DNA from: Eledone cirrhosa
Taxonomy: Eukaryota
DNA length: 64,000 bases
Direction: 5' to 3'
NCBI GenBank assembly: GCA_964016885.1
Contig: OZ024743.1
Location: forward strand, 131,936,001 to 132,000,000
The notes under the pieces were generated by a model, which saw nothing but the letters and a program-made list of their open reading frames with translations, ran no database searches and was not told where the DNA came from. The translations under genes were made by a program, and so were the position numbers. Shown here piece after piece: positions 37,710 through 50,000 of the stretch. The first letter of the stretch is position 1, and each line of letters opens with the position of its first letter.

Positions 37710-40419
37710 TTGGTGCTTGCTGTTTGGTGCTTGGCGCTTGGTGTTTGGTGTTTGGTGCTTGGTGCTTGGTGCTGGGTGTTTGGTGCTTGGTGCTTGGTGT
37801 TTGGTGCTTGGTGCTTGGTGCTTGGTGTTTGGTCCTTGGTGCTTGGTGCTTGGTCTTTGGTGCTTGGGTTTTGGTGTTTGGTGCTTGGTGCTTGGTGTTT
37901 GGTGCTTGGTTCTTGGTGCTTGGTGCTTGGTGTTTGGTGATTGCTGCTTGGTGCTTGGTGTTTGGTGCTTGGTGCTTGGTGATTAGTGTTTGGTGATTGG
38001 TGCTTGGGGTTTGCTGTTTGGTGCTTGGTGTTTGGTGCTTGGTGCTTGCTGTTTGGTGTTTGGTGTTTGGTTCCTGGTGCTTGGTTTTTGGTGTTTGGTG
38101 TTTGGTGCTTGGTGCTTGGTGCTTGGTGTTTGGTGCTTGGTGCTTGGTGCTTGCTCTTTGGTGCTGCGTGCTTGGTGTTTGGTGTTTGGTGCTTGGTGCC
38201 TGGTGCTTGTTGTTTGGTGTTTGGTGCTTAGTGCTTGGTGTTTGGAGTTTGGTGCTGGGTGCTTGGTGCCTGGTGTTTCGTGCTTGGTGCTTGGTGCTTG
38301 GTGTTTGGTGTTTGGTGCTTGGTGTTTGGTGTTTGGTACTTGGTGCTTGGTGCTTGGTGCTTGGTGTTTGGTGCTTGGTGTTTGATGCTGCGTGCTTGGT
38401 GTTTGTTGTTTGGTGCTTGGTGCTTGGTGTTTGGTGTTTGGAGCTTGGTGCCTGCTGCTTGTTGTTTGGTGTTTGGTGCTTGCTGCTTGGTGTTTGGTGT
38501 TTGGTGCTTGGTGCTTGGTGCTTGGTATCTGGTGTTTGGTGCTTGATGTTTGGTGTTTGGTGCTTGGTGCTTGGTGTTTGGTGTTTGGTGCTTGGTGCTT
38601 GGTGTTTGGTACTTGGTGTTTGGTGTTTGGTGTTTGATGCTTGGTGTTTGCTGCTTGGTGCTTGGTGCTTGGTGTTTTGTGTTTGGTGCTTGGTGCTTGG
38701 TGCCTGGTGCTTGGTGCTTGGTGCTTGATGTTTGGTGCTTGGTGCTTGGTGATTAGTGTTTGGTGCTTGGTGCTTGGTGTTTGGTGCTTGGTGCTTGGGA
38801 CTTGGTATTTGGTGCTTGGTGCTTGGTGCCTGGTGTTTGGTGTTTGGTGTTTGGTGCTTGGTCTTTGGTGCTTGGTGCTTGGTGCTGGGTGGTTGGTGTT
38901 TGGTGCTTGGTGCTTGGTGTTTGGTGCTTGGTGCTTGGTGCTTGTTGTTTGGTGCTTGGTGCTTGGTGCTTGGTCTTTGGTGCATGGTGTTTGGTGTTTG
39001 GTGCTTTGTGCTTGGTGCTTGGTGTTTGGTGCTTGGTGCTTGGTGCTTGGTGTTTGGTGCTTGGTGCTTGGTGATTAGTGTTTGTTGCTTGGTGCTTGGG
39101 GTTTGGTGGTTGGTGCTTGGTGCTTGGTGTTTGGTGTTTTGTGTTTGGTGTTTGCTGTTTGCTGTTTGGTGTCTGCTTTTTGGTGTTTGGTGTTTGCTGT
39201 ATGGTGTTTGCTGTTTCGTATTTGGTTTTTGCTGTTTGGTGTTTGGTGTTTGCTGTTTGGTGTTTGGTGTTTGGTGTTTGGTGCTTGGTGCTTGGTGCTT
39301 GGTGTTTGGTGCTTGGTGCTTGGTGTTTGGTGTTTGGTGCCTGGTGCTTGTTGTATGGTGTTTGGTGCTTGGTGCTTGGTGTTTGCTGTTTGCTGCTTGG
39401 TGTCTGGTGTTTGGTGCTTGGTGTTTGGTGTTTGGTGCTTGGTGATTAGTGTTTGGTGATTGGTGCTTGGGGTTTGGTGTTTGGGGCTTGGTGTTTGGTG
39501 CTTGGTGCTTGCTGTTTGGTGTTTGGTGTTTGGTGCTTGGTGTTTGGTGTTTGGTGTTTGGTGCTTGGTGCTTGGTGCTTGGTGTTTGGTGCTTGGTGCT
39601 TGGTGCTTGGTGTTTGGTGCTGCGTGCTTGGTGTTTCGTGTTTGGTGCTTGGTGCCTGGTGCTTGTTGTTTGGTGTTTGGTGCTTAGTGCTTGGTGTTTG
39701 GTGTTTGGTCCTTGGTGCTTGGTGGCTGGCGTTTGGTGCTTGGTGTTTGGAGTTTGGTGCTTGGTGCTTGGTGCCTGGTGTTTCGTGCTTGGTGCTTGGT
39801 GTTTGGTGTTTGTTGCTTGGTACTTGGTGCTTGGTGCTTGGTGCTTGGTGTTTGGTGCTTGGTGTTTGATGCTGCGTGCTTGGTGTTTGGTGTTTGGTGC
39901 TTGGTGCTTGGTGTTTGGTGTTTGGTGCTTGATGTTTGGTGTTTGGTGCTTGGTGCTTGGTGCTTGGTATCTGGTGTTTGGTGCTTGATGTTTGGTGTTT
40001 GGTGCTTGGTGTTTGGTGTTTGGTGCTTGGTGCTTGGTGTTTGGTGCTTGGTGTTTGGTGTTTGGTGTTTGATGCTTGGTGTTTGCTGCTTGGTGCTTGG
40101 TGCTTTGTGTTTTGTGTTTGGTGCTTGGTGCTTGGTGCCTGGTGCTTGGTGCTTGGTGCTTGTTGTTTGGTGCTTGGTGCTTGGTGATTAGTGTTTGGTG
40201 CTTGGTGCTTGCGGTTTGGTGTTTGGTGCTTGGGGTTTGGTGTTTGGTGCTTGGTGCTTGGTGTTTGGTGCTTGGTGCTTGGTGCTTGGTGTTTGGTGCT
40301 TGGTGCTTGGTGTTTGGTGCTTGGTGCTTGCTGTTTGGTGTTTGGTGCTTGCTGTTTGGTGCTTGGTGTTTGGTGCTTGGTGCTTGGTGTTTGGTGTTTG
40401 GTGTTTGGTGCTTGGTGCT

Positions 40420-42250
40420 TGGGGCTTGATTTGGTGCTTGGTGCTTGGTGCTTGGTGTTTGGTGTTTGGTGCTTGGTGTTTGGTGCTTGGTGCTTGGTGC
40501 TGGGTGTTTGGTGCTTGGTGTTTGGTGCATGGTGCTTGGTGCTTGTTGTTTGTCGCTTGTTGCTTGGTGCTTGGTGTTTGGTGCTTGGTGCTTGGTGTTT
40601 GGTGTTTGGTGCTTGGTGCTTGGTGTTTGGTGTTTGGTGCTTGGTGTTTGGTGTTTGGTGCTTGGTGCTTGGTGTTTGCTGCTTGGTACTTGGTGCATGG
40701 TGTTTGGTGCTGGGTGCTTGGTGTTTGGTGCTTGGTGTTTGGTGCTTGGTGCTTGGTGTTTGGTGTTTGGTGTTTGATGCTTGGTGTTTTATGCTTGGTG
40801 CTTGGTGTTTGGTGCTTGGTGTTTGTACTTGGTGCTTGGTGCTTGGTGTTTTGTGCTTGGTTCTTGGTGTTTGGTGTTTGGTGCTTGGTACTTGGTGCTT
40901 GGTGTTAGGTGTTTGGTGCTTGGTGCTTGGTGTTTGGTGTTTGGTCCTTGGTGCTTGGTGCTTGGTGTTTAGTGCTTGGTGCTTGGTGTTTGTTGTTTGG
41001 TGCTTTCTGCTTGCTGCTTGGTGTTTGCTGCTTGGTGCTTGGTGTTTGGTGTTTGGTGTTTGGTGCTAGGTGCTTGGTGTTTGGTGTTTGGTGTTTGATG
41101 CTTGGTGTTTGGTGCTTGGTGTTTGGTGCTTGGTGCTTGGGGCTTGGTGTTTGGTGCTTGGTGCTTGGTGCTTGGTATTTGGTGCTTGGTGTTTGGTGTT
41201 TGGTGTTTGATGCTTGGTGTTTGGTGCTTGGTGTTTGGTGCTTGGTGCTCGGGGCTTGGTGTTTGGTGTTTGGTGCTTGGTGCTTGGTGTTTGGTGCTTG
41301 GTGCTTGGTGCTGGGTGGTTGGTATTTGGTGCTTGGTGCTTGGTGTTTGGTGCTTGGTGCTTGGTGCTTGGTGTTTGGTGCTTGGTGCTTGGTGCTTGGT
41401 CTTTGGTGCTTGGTGTTTGGTGTTTGGTGCTTGGTGCTTTGTGTTTGGTGCTTGGTGATTAGTGTTTGGTGCTTGGTGCTTGGGGTTTGGTGTTTGGTGC
41501 TTGGTACTTGGTGTTTGGTGCTTGGTGTTTGGTGTTTGCTGTTTGGTGTTTGGTGTTTGGTGTTTGCTGTATGGTGTTTGGTGTTTGCTGTTTGGTGTTT
41601 GGTCTTTGGTGCTTGGTGTTTGGTGCTTGGTGCTTGGTGTTTGGTGTTTGGTGCTTGGTGTTTGGTGTTTGGTGCTTGGTGCTTGGTGCTTGGTGTTTGG
41701 TGTTTGGTGTTTGGTGCTTGGTGTCTGGTGCTTGGTGTTTGGTGTTTGGTGTTTGGTGCTTGGTGTTTGGTGTTTGGTGTTTGGTGTTTGGTGCTTGTTG
41801 CTTGGTACTTGGTGCTTGGTGTTTGGTGCTTGGTGCTTGGTGTTTGGTGCTGGGTGCTTGGTGTTTGGTGCTTGGTGCTTGGTGCTTGGTGTTTGGTGTT
41901 TGGTGCTTGGTGCTTGGTGCTTGGTGTTTGGTGTTTGGTGCTTGGTGTTTTATGCTTGGTGTTTGATGTTTGGTGCTTGGTGCTTGGTGTTTGGTGCTTG
42001 GTGCTTGGTGTTTGTACTTGGTGCTTGGTGCTTGGTTCTTGGTGTTTGGTGCTTGGTGCTTGGTGCTTGGTGCTTGGTGTTTGGTGCTTGGTGTTTGGTG
42101 CTTGGTGTTTGGTGCTTGGTGCCTGGTGCTTGGTGCTTGGTGTTTGGTGCTTGGTGTTTGGTGCTTGGTATTAGGTGTTTGGTGCTTGGTGCTTGGTGTT
42201 TGGTGTTTGGTGCTTGGTGTTTGGTGCTTGGTGCTTGGTGTTTGGTATTT
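40420..42250. repeat. ~1.8-kb block with a distant paralogue at about 61750-63560 (copy A)
   Basis: 5-bp monomer TTGAT at 40426/61754, TTGTCGC at 40550/61878 and TTTCTGC at 41004/62332, all at offset 21328. Identical ORFs: 40781..40972 and 62109..62300. Confidence 0.9.
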
Positions 42251-44009
42251 GGTGCTTGGTGCTTGGTGTTTGGTGCTTGGTGCTTGGTGTTTGGTGTTTG
42301 GTGCTTGGTGCTTGGTGTTTGGTGTTTGGTGTTTGCTGTTTGGTGTTTGGTGTTTGGTGTTTGCTGTTTGGTGTCTGCTTTTTGGTGTTTGGTGTTGGCT
42401 GTATGTTATTTGCTGTTTGGTGTTTGGTGTTTGGTGTTTGGTGCTTGGTGCTTGGTGTTTGGTGTTTGGTGCTTGGTGCTTGGAGTTTGGTGTTTGGTGC
42501 TTGGTGCTTGGTGTTTTGTGTTTGGTGTTTGGTTTTTGGTGCTTGGTGCTTGGTGCTTGTTGCTTGGTCCTTGGTGTTTGGTGCTTGGTGCTTGGTGTTT
42601 GTACTTGGTGCTTGGTGCTTGGTGTTTGGTTCTTGGTTCTTGGTGTTTGGTAATTGGTGCTTGGTGCTTGGTGCTTGGTGTTTGGTGTTTGGTGCTTGGT
42701 GTTTGGTGCTTGGTGCTTGGTGCTTGGTGTTAGGTGTTTGGTGCTTGGTGCTTGGAGTTTGGTGCTTGGTGTTTGGTGTTTGCTGTTTGCTGTTTGGTGT
42801 TTGGTGTTTGGTGTTTGGTGTTTGCTGTTTGGTGTCTGCTTTTTGGTGTTTGGTTTTTGCTGTATGGTGTTTGCTGTTTCGTGTTTGGTGTTTGCTGTTT
42901 GGTGTTTGGTGTTTGCTGTTTGGTGTTTGGTCTTTGGTGCTTGGTGTTTGGTGCTTGGTGCTTGGTGTTTGGTGTTTGGTGCTTGGTGCTTGGTGCTTCG
43001 TGTTTGGTGTTTGGTGCTTGGTGTCTGGAGCTTGGTGTTTGGTGTTTGGTGCTTGGTGTTTGGTGTTTGGTGCTTGGTGCTTGGTGTTTGGTGCTTGGTG
43101 CTTGGTGTTTGTACTTGGTGCTTGGTGCTTGGTGTTTGGTGCTTGGTTCTTGGTGTTTGGTGCTTGGTGTTTGGTGCTTGGTGCTTGGTGTTTGGTGCTT
43201 GGTGCTTGGTGTTTGGTGTTTGGTGCTTGGTGCTTGGTGCTTGGTGTTTGATGTTTGGTGCTTGGTGCTTGGTGTTTGGTGTTTGGTTCTTGGTGCTTGG
43301 TATTTGGTGCTTGGTGCTTGCTGCTTGGTGTTTGGTGCTTGGTGATTGATGCTTGGTGTTTGATGCTTGGTGCTTGGTGTTTGGTTTTTGGTGCTAGGTG
43401 CTTGGAGCTTGGTGTTTGGTGCTTGGTGTTTGGTGTTCGCTGCTTGGTGCTTGGGGCTTGGTGTTTGGTACTTGGTGCTTGGTGCTTGGTGCTTGGTGTT
43501 TGGTGCTTGGTGCTTGGTGTATGGTGTTTGGTGTTTGGTGCTTGGTGTTTGGTGTTTGGTGCTTGGTGCTTGGTGTTTGTTGCTTGGTACTTGGTTCATG
43601 GTGTTTGGTGCTGGGTGCTTGGTGTTTGGTGCTTGGTGCTTGGTGTTTGGTGTCTGGTGCTTGGTGTTTGGTGTTTGGTGCTTGGTGCTTGGTGTTTGTT
43701 GCTTGGTACTTGGTGCATGGTGTTTGGTGCTGGGTGCTTGGTGTTTGGTGCTTGGTGTTTGGTGCTTGGTGCTTGGTGTTTGGTGTTTGGTGTTTGGTGT
43801 TTGGTGTTTGATGCTTGGTGCTTGGTGCTTGGTTTTTGGTGCTTGGTGTTTGTACTTGGTGCTTGGTGTTTTGTGCTTGGTCCTTTGTGTTTGGTGTTTG
43901 GTGCTTGGTGCTTGGTGCTTGGTGTTAGGTGTTTGGTGCTTGGTGCTTGGTGTTTGGTGTTTGGTCCTTGGTGCTTGGTGTTTAGTGCTTGGTGCTTGGT
44001 GTTTGTTGT

Positions 44010-47000
44010 TTGGTGCTTGGTCTTTGGTGCTTGGTGTTTGGTGCTTGGTGCTTGGTGCTTGGTGTTTGGTGCTTGGTGATTAGTGTTTGGTGCTTGGTGC
44101 TTGGGGTTTGGTGTTTGGTGCTTGGTACTTGGTGTTTGGTGCTTGGTGTTTGGTGTTTGCTGTTTGGTGTTTGGTGTTTGCTGTTTGCTGTTTGCTGTTT
44201 GCTTTTTGGTGTTTGGTGTTTGCTGTATGGTGTTTGCTGTTTGGTGTTTGGTGTTTGCTGTTTGGTGTTTGGTGTTTGCTGTTTGGTCTTTGGTGCTTGG
44301 TGTTTGGTGCTTGGTGCTTGGTGTTTGGTGTTTGGTGCTTGGTGCTTGGTGTTTGGTGTTTGGTGTTTGGTGCTTGGTGTCTGGTGCTTGGTGTTTGGTG
44401 TTTGGTGTTTGGTGCTTGGTGTTTGGTGTTTGCTGTTTGGTGCTTGGTGTTTGGTGTTTGGTGTTTGGTGTTTGGTGCTTGTTGCTTGGTGCTTGGTGCT
44501 TGGGGTTCGGTTCTTGGTTCTTGGTGTTTGGTACTTGGTGCTTGGTGCTTGCTGTTTGGTGTTTGGTGCTTGGTGCTTGGTGCTTGGTGTTTGCTGTTTG
44601 GTGCTTGGTGTTTGGTGTTTGGTGTTTGGTGTTTGGTGCTTGTTGCTTGGTGCTTGGTGCTTGGTGTTTGGTCCTGGGTGCTTGGTGTTTGGTGCTTGGT
44701 GCTTGGTGCTTGCTGTTTGGTGTTTGGTGCTTGGTGCTTGGTGTTTGGTGTTTGGTGTTATATTCTTGGTGTTTGATGCTTGGTGCTTGGTGCTTGGTAT
44801 TTGGTGTTTGGTGCTTGGTGTTTGTACTTGGTGCTTGGTTCTTGGTTCTTGGTGCTTGGTGCTTGGTGCTTGGTGCTTGGTGCTTGGTGTTTGGTGCTTG
44901 GTGTTTGGTGCTTGGTGTTTGGTGCTTGGTGCCTGGTGCTTGGTGCTTGGTGCTTGGTGTTTGGTGCTTGGTGTTTGGTGCTTGGTGTTAGGTGTTTGGT
45001 GCTTGGTGCTTGGTGTTTGGTGTTTCGTGCTTGGTGTTTGGTGCTTGGTGCTTGGTGTTTAGTGTTTGGTGCTTGGTGTTTGGTGCTTGGTACTTGGTGC
45101 TTGGTGCTTGGTGTTAGGTGTTTGGTGCTTGGTGCTTGGTGTTTGGTTTTTGGTGCTTGGTGCTTGGTGTTTGGTGTTTGGTGCTTGCTGCTGGCTGCTT
45201 GGTGTTTGGTGCTTGGTGATTGGTGCTTGGTGTTTGGTGCTTGGTGTTTGGTGTTTGGTACTAGGTGCTTGGTGTTTGGTGTTTGGTGCTTGGTGCTTGG
45301 TGTTTGGTGTTTGGTGTTTGGTGCTTGGTGCTTGGTGCTTGGTGCTGGGTGGTTGGTGTTTGGTGCTTGGTGATTAGTGTTTGGTGCTAGGTGCTTGGGG
45401 TTTGGTGTTTGGTGCTTGGTGCTTGGTGTTTGGTGCTTGGTGCTTGGTGTTTGGTGCTTGGTGGTTGGTGTTTTCTGTTTGCTGTTTGCTGTTTGGTGTT
45501 TGTTGTTTGGTGTTTGTTGATTGGTGTTTGCTGTTTGGTGCTTGGTGCTTGGTCTTTGGTGCTTGGTGTTTGGTGTTTGGTGCTTGGTGCTTTGTGTTTG
45601 GTGCTTGGTGATTAGTGTTTGGTGTTTGCTGTTTGGTGTTTGGTGTTTGGTGTTTGCTGTATGGTGTTTGCTGTTTCGTGTTTGGTGTTTGCTGTTTGGT
45701 GTTTGGTGTTTGCTGTTTGGTGTTTGGTCTTTGGTGCTTGGTGTTTGGTGCTTGGTGCTTGGTGTTTGGTGTTTGGTGCTTGGTGTTTGGTGTTTGGTGC
45801 TTGTTGCTTGGTACTTGGTGCTTGGTGTTTGGTGCTTGGTGCTTGGTGTTTGGTGCTGGGTGCTTGGTGTTTGGTGCTTGGTGCTTGGTGCTTGGTGTTT
45901 GGTGTTTGGTGCTTGGTGCTTGGTGCTTGGTGTTTGGTGTTTGGTGCTTGGTGTTTTATGCTTGGTGTTTGATGTTTGGTGCTTGGTGCTTGGTGTTTGG
46001 TGCTTGGTGCTTGGTGTTTTTCTTGGTGCTTGGTGCTTGGTTCTTGGTGTTTGGTGCTTGGTGCTTGGTGCTTGGTGCTTGGTGTTTGGTGCTTGGTGTT
46101 TGGTGCTTGGTGTTTGGTGCTTGGTGCCTGGTGCTTGGTGCTTGGTGCTTGGTGTTTGGTGCTTGGTGTTTGGTGCTTGGTATTAGGTGTTTGGTGCTTG
46201 GTGCTTGGTGTTTGGTGTTTGGTGCTTGGTGTTTGGTGCTTGGTGCTTGGTGTTTGGTGTTTGGTGCTTGGTGTTTGGTGCTTGGTACTTGGTGCTTGGT
46301 GCTTGGTGTTAGGTGTTTGTTGCTTGGTGCTTGGTGTTTGGTGTTTGGTGCTTGGTGCTTGGTGTTTGGTGTTTGGTGCTTGCTGCTGGCTGCTTGCTGT
46401 TTGGTGCTTGGTGATTGGTGCTTGGTGTTTGGTGCTTGGTGTTTGGTGTTTGGTACTAGGTGCTTGGTGCTTGGTGTTTGGTGCTTGGTGCTTGGTGTTT
46501 GGTGTTTGGTGCTTGGTGCTTGGTGTTTGGTGCTTGGTGCTGGGTGCTGGGTGGTTGGTGTTTGGTGTTTGGTGTTTGGTGCTGGGTGCTTGGTGTTTGG
46601 TGCTTGGTGTTTGGTCTTTGGTGTTTGGTGTTTGGTGTTTGGTGCTTGGTGCTTGGTGCTTGGTGTTTGGTGCTTGGTGCTTGGTGTTTGGTGCTTGGTG
46701 CTTAGTGTTTGGTGTTTGGTGTTTGGTGTTTGCTGTTTGGTGTCTGCTTTTTGGTGTTTGGTGTTGGCTGTATGTTATTTGCTGTTTGGTGTTTGGTGTT
46801 TGGTGTTTGGTGCTTGGTGCTTGGTGTTTGGTGTTTGGTGCTTGGTGCTTGGAGTTTGGTGTTTGGTGCTTGGTGCTTGGTGTTTTGTGTTTGGTGTTTG
46901 GTTTTTGGTGCTTGGTGCTTGGTGCTTGTTGCTTGGTCCTTGGTGTTTGGTGCTTGGTGCTTGGTGTTTGTACTTGGTGCTTGGTGCTTGGTGTTTGGTT

Positions 47001-50000
47001 CTTGGTTCTTGGTGTTTGGTACTTGGTGCTTGGTGCTCGGTGCTTGGTGTTTGGTGTCTGGTGCTTGGTGTTTGGTGCTTGGTGCTTGGTGCTTGGTGTT
47101 AGGTGTTTGGTGCTTGGTGCATGGTGTTTGGTGCTTGGTGTTTGGTGTTTGCTGTTTGGTGTTTGGTGCTTGGTGTTTGGTGTTTGCTGTTTGGTGTTTG
47201 GTCTTTGGTGCTTGGTGTTTGGTGCTTGGTGCTTGGTGTTTGGTGTTTGGTGCTTGGTGCTTGGTGCTTCGTGTTTGGTGTTTGGTGCTTGGTGTCTGGA
47301 GCTTGGTGTTTGGTGTTTGGTGCTTGGTATTTGGTGTTTGGTGCTTGGTGCTTGGTGTTTGGTGCTTGGTGCTTGGTGTTTGTACTTGGTGCTTGGTGCT
47401 TGGTGTTTTGGTGCTTGGTTCTTGGTGTTTGGTGCTTGGTATTTGGTGCTTGGTGCTTGGTGTTTGGTGCTTGGTGCTTGGTGTTTGGTGTTTGGTGCTT
47501 GGTGCTTGGTGCTTGGTGTTTGGTGTTTGGTGCTTGGTGCTCGGTGTTTGGTGTTTGGTTCTTGGTGCTTGGTATTTGGTGCTTGGTGCTTGCTGCTTGG
47601 TGTTTGGTGCTTGGTGATTGATGCTTGGTGTTTGATGCTTGGTGCTTGGTGTTTGGTTTTTGGTGCTAGGTGCTTGGTGCTTGGTGTTTGGTGCTTGGTG
47701 TTTGGTGTTTGCTGCTTGGTGCTTGGGGCTTGGTGTTTGGTACTTGGTGCTTGGTGCTTGGTGTTTGGTGCTTGGTGCTTGGTGTATGGTGTTTGGTGTT
47801 TGGTGCTTGGTGTTTGGTGTTTGGTGCTTGGTGCTTGGTGTTTGTTGCTTGGTACTTGGTTCATGGTGTTTGGTGCTGGGTGCTTGGTGTTTGGTGCTTG
47901 GTGCCTGGTGTTTGGTGTTTGGTGCTTGGTGTTTGGTGTTTGGTGCTTGGTGCTTGGTGTTTGTTGCTTGGTACTTGGTGCATGGTGTTTGGTGCTGGGT
48001 GCTTGGTGTTTGGTGCTTGGTGTTTGGTGCTTGGTGCTTGGTGTTTGGTGTTTGGTGTTTGATGCTTGGTGTTTGATGCTTGGTGCTTGGTGCTTGGTGT
48101 TTGGTGCTTGGTGTTTGTACTTGGTGCTTGGTGTTTTGTGCTTGGTTCTTTGTGTTTGGTGTTTGGTGCTTGGTGCTTGGTGCTTGGTGTTAGGTGTTTG
48201 GTGCTTGGTGCTTGGTGTTTGGTGTTTGGTACTAGGTGCTTGGTGATTGGTGTTTGGCGCTTGGTGCTTGGTGTTTGGTGTTTGGTGTTTGGTGCTTGCT
48301 GCTTGGTGCTTGGTGCTGGGTGGTTGGTGTTTGGTGCTTGGTGATTAGTGTTTGGTGCTAGGTGCTTGGGGTTTGGTGTTTGGTGCTTGGTGCTTGGTGT
48401 TTGGTGCTTGGTGCTTGGTGTTTGGTGCTTGGTGCTTGGTGTTTGCTGTTTGCTGTTTGCTGTTTGGTGTTTGTTGTTTGGTGTTTGTTGTTTGGTGTTT
48501 GCTGTTTGGTGTTTGGTATTTGGTGTTTGCTGTTTGGTGTCTGCTTTTTGGTGTTTGGTGTTTGCTGTATGTTGTTTGCTGTTTGGTGTTTGGTGTTTGG
48601 TGTTTGGTGTTTGGTGCTTGGTGCTTGGTGTTTGGTGCTTGGTGCTTGGTGTTTGGTGCCTGGTGCTTGGTACTTGGTGTTTGGTGTTTGGTGCTTGGTG
48701 CTTGGTGCTTGGAGTTTGGTGTTTGGTGCTTGGTGCTTGGTGTTTTGTGTTTGGTGTTTGGTTTTTGGTGCTTGGTGCTTGGTGCTTGGTACTTAGTCCT
48801 TGGTGTTTGGTGCTTGGTGCTTGGTGTTTGTACTTGGTGCTTGGTGCTTGGTGTTTGGTTCTTGGTTCTTGGTGTTTGGTACTTGGTGCTTGGTGCTTGG
48901 TGCTTGGTGTTTGGTGTTTGGTGCTTGGTGTTTGGTGCTTGGTGCTTGGTGCTTGGTGCTTGGTGTTAGGTGTTTGGTGCTTGGTGCTTGGTGTTTGGTG
49001 CTTGGTGTTTGCTGTCTGGTGTTTGGTGTTTGCTGTTTGGTGTCTGCTTTTTGGTGTTTGGTGTTTGCTGTATGGTGTTTGCTGTTTGGTGTTTGGTGCT
49101 TCGTGTTTGGTGTTTGGTCTTTGGTGATTGGTGTCTGGTGCTTGATGTTTGGTGTTTGGTGTTTGGTGCTTGGTGCTTGGTGTTTGGTGCTTGGTGCTTG
49201 GTGTTTGTACTTGGTGCTTGGTGCTTGGTGTTTGGTGCTTGGTTCTTGGTGTTTGGTGCTTGGTGTTTGGTGCTTGGTGCTTGGTGTTTGGTGCTTGGTG
49301 CTTGGTGTTTGGTGTTTGGTGTTTGGTGCTTGGTGCTTGGTGTTAGGTGTTTGGTGCTTGGTGCTTGGTGTTTAGTGTTTGGTTCTTGGTGCTTGGTATT
49401 TGGTGCTTGGTGCTTGCTGCTTGGTGTTTGGTGCTTGGTGATTGATGCTTGGTGTTTGGTGCTTGGTGCCCAGTGTTTGGTTTTTGGTGCTAGGTGCTTG
49501 GTGCATGGTGTTTGGTGCTTGGTGTTTGGTGTTTGGTGGTTGGTGCTTGGGGATTGGTGTTTGGTACTTGGTGCTTGGTGCTTGGTGTTTGGTGCTTGGT
49601 GCTTGGTGTTTGGTGTTTGGTGCTTGGTGCTTGGTATTTGGTGCTTGGTGCTTGGTGTTTGGTGTTTGGTGCTTGGTGCTTGGTGTTTGGTGCTTGGTGC
49701 TTGGTGCTTGTTGTTTGGTGTTTGGTGCTTGGTGTTTGGTGTTTGGTGCTTGGTCTTTGGTGCTTGGTGTTTGGTGCTTGGTGCTTGGTGCTTGGTGTTT
49801 GGTGCTTGGTGATTAGTGTTTGGTGCTTGGTGCTTGGGGTTTGGTGTTTGGTGCTTGGTACTTGGTGTTTGGTGCTTGGTGTTTGGTGTTTGCTGTTTGG
49901 TGTTTGGTGTTTGCTGTTTGCTGTTTGCTGTTTGCTTTTTGGTGTTTGGTGTTTGCTGTATGGTGTTTGCTGTTTGGTGTTTGGTGTTTGCTGTTTGGTG

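Noticed and set aside
37576-40698. 1040-aa - strand ORF (and the 736-750 aa ORFs at 45612, 51345, 57029) of TKHQ[AT]P[SN] repeats, superficially mucin-like
   Set aside because: These are the same repeat read on the other strand. Length reflects the rarity of TTA/CTA/TCA on the + strand. Indels are multiples of 7 rather than 3, and there is no signal peptide or non-repeat terminus.
44010-49742. Small indels in the 5.7-kb unit (six TTGTAC -1, one TTTTC -2, one +1 T) sum to -7, keeping the unit length a multiple of 7
   Set aside because: This has a one-in-seven chance, and the 3800, 4682, 5592 and 21328 offsets are not multiples of 7, so no rule is supported.
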